Positions 59,036 through 64,000 of a DNA stretch of 64,000 nt are shown piece after piece. Both the position numbers and the translations under genes were made by a program. Numbering within the stretch: position 1 is the first letter of the stretch; each line of letters begins with the position of its first letter. The notes under the pieces are model-generated. The model saw only the letters and a program-made list of their open reading frames with translations, made no database searches and had not been told where the DNA came from. Source of the DNA: Yuukianura sp. NJ FZ-2021 (lineage: Eukaryota); contig CM102286.1 of NCBI GenBank assembly GCA_046563655.1, positions 1,798,001-1,862,000 of the forward strand, in the 5' to 3' direction.

Positions 59036-60992
59036 ATGATACTGTTATCTCTTGGATTACTTTTACTTTGTACAACGACTGTATCTCCCAGGGGTAAACA
59101 AAAGATTAATAAAATAATGTATTTAATTAGTATTTACTAATACACGTATTATTAGTAATATCGCATGTATTAATACCTTAATATAATATTACTTGTGCTA
59201 AATACACTAATTTGCTTGTACTATCACATAATATAATATTGCACGTACTAGTACATTACTACAAATATTTTAGATTCGTGCTCTGTATTTGAGCGTGCTG
59301 GTGGTCTGTCCCAATGTGTTCCAATCAAAAGTTGTCCAATGTTGTATTCCAAAATTTCCAGTTTCTCCAATATAAAAGATAAAATTCGCCATCTCCAGAG
59401 CATTACGTGCGGCTTTGAAAACAAAGAACCAAAGGTACGCGTTGACTAATTTTAAATACAATTTATTCCTTTTAACTAACTTTCAAATATTTCTTGAAGG
59501 TTTGTTGTCAAAAACTTGAAATGGGACGAATGAAACAGATGATGATGAAAGGAAGTGGAGTGAGTTTTGGAAAAAGCGTGCTGCCAACATTGAAGGAATG
59601 CGGACGTACTGCAATTGGCCCTATTAAGACTGTGTTAACTAACTATGTACTGGGCGGTAGGCCAACGGAGATTGGAGAGTTTCCATGGGTAGCCAGGATT
59701 GGCTACAAAGGTTATTGTAACAACATGTTTTAATCTATATTTAATATAATAATATTTATAATAGTATAATATTTATTAAAGCAGTCATTAACAGCCTATT
59801 TTTCCACTTTTAGATACAGAAAACCCAGAGATTGATTACATTTGTGGCGGAACTGTAAGTAAACCGTTACGGTTAAAATTGATTCATAATATGTTGCTAA
59901 TCAATAATTATAATCATCAGTAATATAGAATTGTACACAACAATACAAAAATCGGCTTTTTATTTTATGCATTCATTAGTTAATTTCGAAAAAGTTTGTC
60001 CTCACGGCGGCTCATTGTATCCTGTCACATAATCCGTCAAAGTAACTCGACAAAATTTGCTTATTTTTGACTTTATATGTTTCTTGAACTAAAATTTTAC
60101 TAAAATTTTAGTATTTTCGTTTCAATTTAGTTACGAAGTGCGTTTGGGTGAACATGACACTCGAATTGACCCTGAATTTGCCCCTGTTCTGAACAAGTAC
60201 TCTCACGTTAAGGATTTCAAAGTCAAAGAAATAATTTGTCATCGTGATTATAACAAAGCAACAAAACACAACGATATTGCGCTGCTTCAGTTGGCAGAAA
60301 ATGTCGAATTTTCAGGTATACGCTATAACCCAAAGTTTAAAAAAAAATTAGTGATTTTTGAATTTTTGATAATTAAATTGACTTGTATTGGTTTTTTAGA
60401 ATTCATTAGACCGGTTTGCCTCCCGTTTTGCGAAAAGTACAATCTGACTAAATCAGATTTTGAATTTTACAAGGAAGCCACGGTTACTGGATTTGGAAAA
60501 ACTGGAAACAATCCAAATAACACTGGAAGCGAAATATTACAGGCACTGGAGATTCCCATTGTGCCAAATGACAAATGCCAGAAGATTCATGAAGGAAAAG
60601 TAACAATTTCATCAACACAAGTAATACTCAACATATTAAAATATATTATGAAAAATATGCAATATTATAAAAACAGAAGTAATATGGAATATGGTTTTAG
60701 TTGTGCGCAGGCGGAGTGGCTGGAAAGGATTCTTGTGATGGCGATTCGTAAGGAACTAATTTTTTTTGTGAAAAATTTATTGAAAACGCCGTTTGTTTTT
60801 TTTTATAGCGGCGGTGGATTGTTTGTAAAAAACGAAAAGACGAAGCGCCATTTTCAAATTGGAATTGTTTCTTTTGGTCACAAAATTTGTGGTTTTAATG
60901 GACTTCCTGGCATATATACTCGGACTTCCTCTTACTTGGATTGGATCATAGAATCCATGACCCAGAATTCCAGAAAACTAATTCTATTCTAA
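59036..60992 (+). CDS. Clip-domain serine protease 5, recent paralog of protease 4
   Basis: Same exon structure as protease 4. TNY|VLGG, TAAHC, NDIALL and DSCDGDSGGGL. The 3' exons are near-identical to protease 4. Confidence 0.9.
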
Positions 60993-61054
60993 CCACAATT
61001 AAACATTCATTGACCTTGTAAAATTTTATTACTAAAAAAAAGTTTGAGAAATCG

Positions 61055-63524
61055 CTAATCAATTTTTTGTTCCACTTTTTCTTCTGTTTCGCAATTTCCA
61101 ATAATAGCGTCAGCTTCTGCTTCAATCTCAGCTTGTTCATTTTTTTCCGCCTGGTCGTTGTCATGTAGAAGTTCGGCCGGAGAAACCGTTCGGGTGGTAG
61201 TTCCGACTTCGGGTTTTCCCGGAATCACGTCGGTATCGTTTCGAATAATGTCGTAGGTAGACTCATTATCTGAGGATGACGAACTTCCTTCTGCTAAAGC
61301 CAGAGTCTCACTCCGTCCGTCACCTTGGTCAGCAAAAGATGAGTCTGCGCGAGACCTGAAATTAGAGCGGTGATACTGCCTGGGCAAAGAACAAGTCCGC
61401 GTATGACGGTCTCCACCAATAGCAGAGTTTTTTGAATTCGTTTGCAAACCTTGCAGTTCTTGACGATGTTTCTTACAAGGCTGAGACCTTCGTTCCTAAA
61501 AAAAGTAGGTTTGTTAGGTTAACAGATTTTCAAATTTTAATGGTTTTCAAAATTGGCGCCACAATGACTTACTCGGACGCCTTGCAGTAGTAGCGGAGCA
61601 CTTCGGACACGAGAGAGCATGGATGACATATTTTTTCGAAATTCGTCAGATTCCAAAATTGCCGCTGCCATTCTGAGTTCACGGCGCATCGCAATGTCGT
61701 GATTGGCTGAGTAACTGCAAGCATGACGCCAAACGTCAGAGTGATAACTGCGTAACTTGTAGCGTTTCTCGTCTTCTTTCATTTGCTTTAGTTTTTCCCG
61801 CTCTTCACGTAGAATTCGTTCCTCTTCCTTTCTTCTACAAAAAATGGCACAACTTGTAAAGAAAAAATCTAAAAATGTTGTTTGATTTTCTTAAAATTTT
61901 GATGGATTTGTGTTTACTTTGCTGCCGCAACACGAAGTCTCGAAGCATTGTTATCGTTTGCAGTTGATTCAAAAACGCCAGCACTTTCAAATCGTGTATT
62001 CCTGTTTCTGTTGCCACCTAATTTCAAATTGTGGTGCGTTTTGCTTTTGATTGAATCTTCAGATGCTCGGTCATCATCAGTAGATGAAGAATCTGAGTCT
62101 GCGCAGTGCTGATTAGATTTGTTTCGATTTGATTTTGATTTGATTGGCGAAACATTTGATTCAGGCGGAAGTTCAAACATGATTGATCTGTAGCGGTTCT
62201 TGTTTCTCGAAGCCATACCGGGTGGAAGTGCAGACATTTTCAATAGAGCTTCTGCGCGAAGATGTTTTTTCAATTCTCTAAAATTTTTCAAAATTTTTGT
62301 TTCAAAACAAAATTTGAAAGTCAGGAGGATTCTAACGTACCGGTATTCTTGCTGTTCCTTCAAGCGCAACGCAGCCATGAGGGCTTTGGATCGCGGTGGT
62401 GCTGGATGTGCCTTGAAATGTTGTCCACTTTTAACTTCAAAGCTGTTGTTATGAATTTTAAAATTTCCGCCATGCTTCAACATTCCCGCTTTTTTGGGTT
62501 TTACATTTTTAGAGTTGTTTAGAACCTCGAAGCTGTCGTCACTGGACTTGTTGTGCACAGGCGTCGATTTCTTTTCAGAAAAGGAAAATGGCTTTAACTT
62601 GGCTAGGAGTGTTTCTTTGCTCTCTTCCCGTACTCGCTGGCTCCTGAAAAAAATTCGGTTTTTAGAAGAATAAAAAAACGGATAGATTCTTAAAACTGGA
62701 AATTTTTGGAAATTTTCTTGCCTTTTGTCATTTTGTTTCAGTATTTTGTCATACAATGGTTGTGAAACTGAACTCGGAACTTCATTGACACGAAACTGCG
62801 TTTTGTCGCTTTCAAGATTTTCTTTCGCCGGTTCGTTTCTCTGGTCACGAATTTTTTCTTGCTCTTTCCTGTGTAATAGCCTGTTAGCAAAATTATGACT
62901 TTTAAAACCTCCAAGAAATTTTTTACAAAAATTTGTTGAATTTTTTTTGCATTCAACAGAAATGCTTAGTTTTTTTTACCGGTTTTCGACATTCTGAGGT
63001 GGGACATACTGTTTCCTTCGAATCGTAGAAATTTCAGGAGTCGATGAACTTCTGGACAAAGAGTCCGAAATTGTTGAAATACTGGAATAAATCCAATCGT
63101 TTTTCGTCAAATTCAAGTCAGAAGTGCTGCTGGAACTGATTGGTTTTAGGTTAGGACAATAGTATTTTGTTAGGCTTGTCGCTGGTTGTGTCACGATTGG
63201 ACTTGGATGAATGTCGCATCTGCGCACAGATAGGTACGAAGTCGATTCAGTTTTGCCGCTGAAGTTCCGATTTCCATCAAAATGTCCAGTTTTTACACCC
63301 AATTCAAAATTTTTACTCAATTGCAGCCTACTTCCACGAAATTCTGTGAGCCATTCGTCAGAGTCGTCAAGCAAAATGGATCGAATTCCACGAAATTCTT
63401 GTTTCAACTTTTCAATTTTGTTAATAAATTCTGAATCTCCGAGGTGTTTGACCTCTGAGTACTCTGGAACTTTTTTGTAGAGGTCAACTATGTCTTTTAC
63501 AGTTTCAGCCCGAGATGACTGCAT
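61055..63524 (-). CDS. FAM161-like (UPF0564) centriolar/ciliary coiled-coil protein, multi-exon
   Basis: FKAHPAP...EQQEYRELKKHLRAEALLKMSALPPGM and MLSRVRSAPLLLQ resemble recalled FAM161 motifs. The 3' exons join in phase. The start codon is tentative. Confidence 0.6.
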
Positions 63525-64000
63525 GGTTTCAAAGTCAAAATTTGAAAAGGAAATGTTGACCACACCACAGAAAAGAATCGATTGGAAGTTTGTAATAGGT
63601 GCATTTCCGTGTCTCAGAATTTGCGACGCTGGGGAAAAGGTTTTGTGAAAGCACGAAGAAAGTTGAATTCCTCCACACGCTTCTATAAAATACCTCCAGT
63701 GTCCGGAAATAAAAGTTAGATCAATAGTTTTCTTTTCATAGGTCATTGCTACCTTGAACTTTCTTTTTTAAATGATATGTTCAAAAGTAAATTTTCAAAG
63801 AAAATCCTTTTTGCTGGCAAAAATATGAAAGGCATCAGAATTCAGGATACCCTGTTATTCCTATAGGATAAGCGTCCCCATTTCTGATTTAACTCTGTTG
63901 ACCTCTCACCCGCGCCCTATCTTGACTTTAAACCAACTTCCATCCAATAACGGTTTCTGGAACTTGTTCAACATCCAAACTTTAATCAAGATGAAACTTT

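Noticed and set aside
63525..63746. N-terminal extension of the 256-aa ORF
   Set aside because: Composition looks non-coding, so MQSSRAE at 63524 was taken as the tentative start. An upstream exon cannot be excluded.

Overview
This is AT-rich eukaryotic DNA with many short (~55-100 bp) GT-AG introns. The gene content (divergent ionotropic receptor, arthropod-type 7TM chemoreceptors, clip-domain proteases, Zasp66-like, InaF, PVR-like Ig protein) indicates an arthropod, and a springtail-like hexapod is my inference. From left to right the window holds: (1) six small single-pass membrane genes with intronless CDSs and no family I recognise (0.07-5.2 kb); (2) a tandem duplication carrying two 3-exon chemoreceptor genes and a pseudogene fragment; (3) an 8-exon PVR/VEGFR-like Ig receptor with no kinase domain; (4) an unknown 2-exon gene, an InaF-motif gene, a Zasp66-like gene with no visible PDZ, ZFPL1, a BTB-BACK-PHR gene and PUF60/half pint; (5) a bacterial-type DUF5077/DUF3472-like gene with a spliced signal-peptide exon, a horizontal-transfer candidate; (6) a LITAF-like gene and a divergent IR with a probable hidden spliced C-terminal tail; (7) five clip-domain serine protease genes, one catalytically dead and two from a recent, precisely bounded duplication; (8) a FAM161-like gene. 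Several non-autonomous DNA transposons (MITEs) with readable terminal inverted repeats (TIRs) and target-site duplications (TSDs) are interspersed. Exon models were assembled by hand from splice consensus and reading phase. Family names come from recalled motifs, not from searches.
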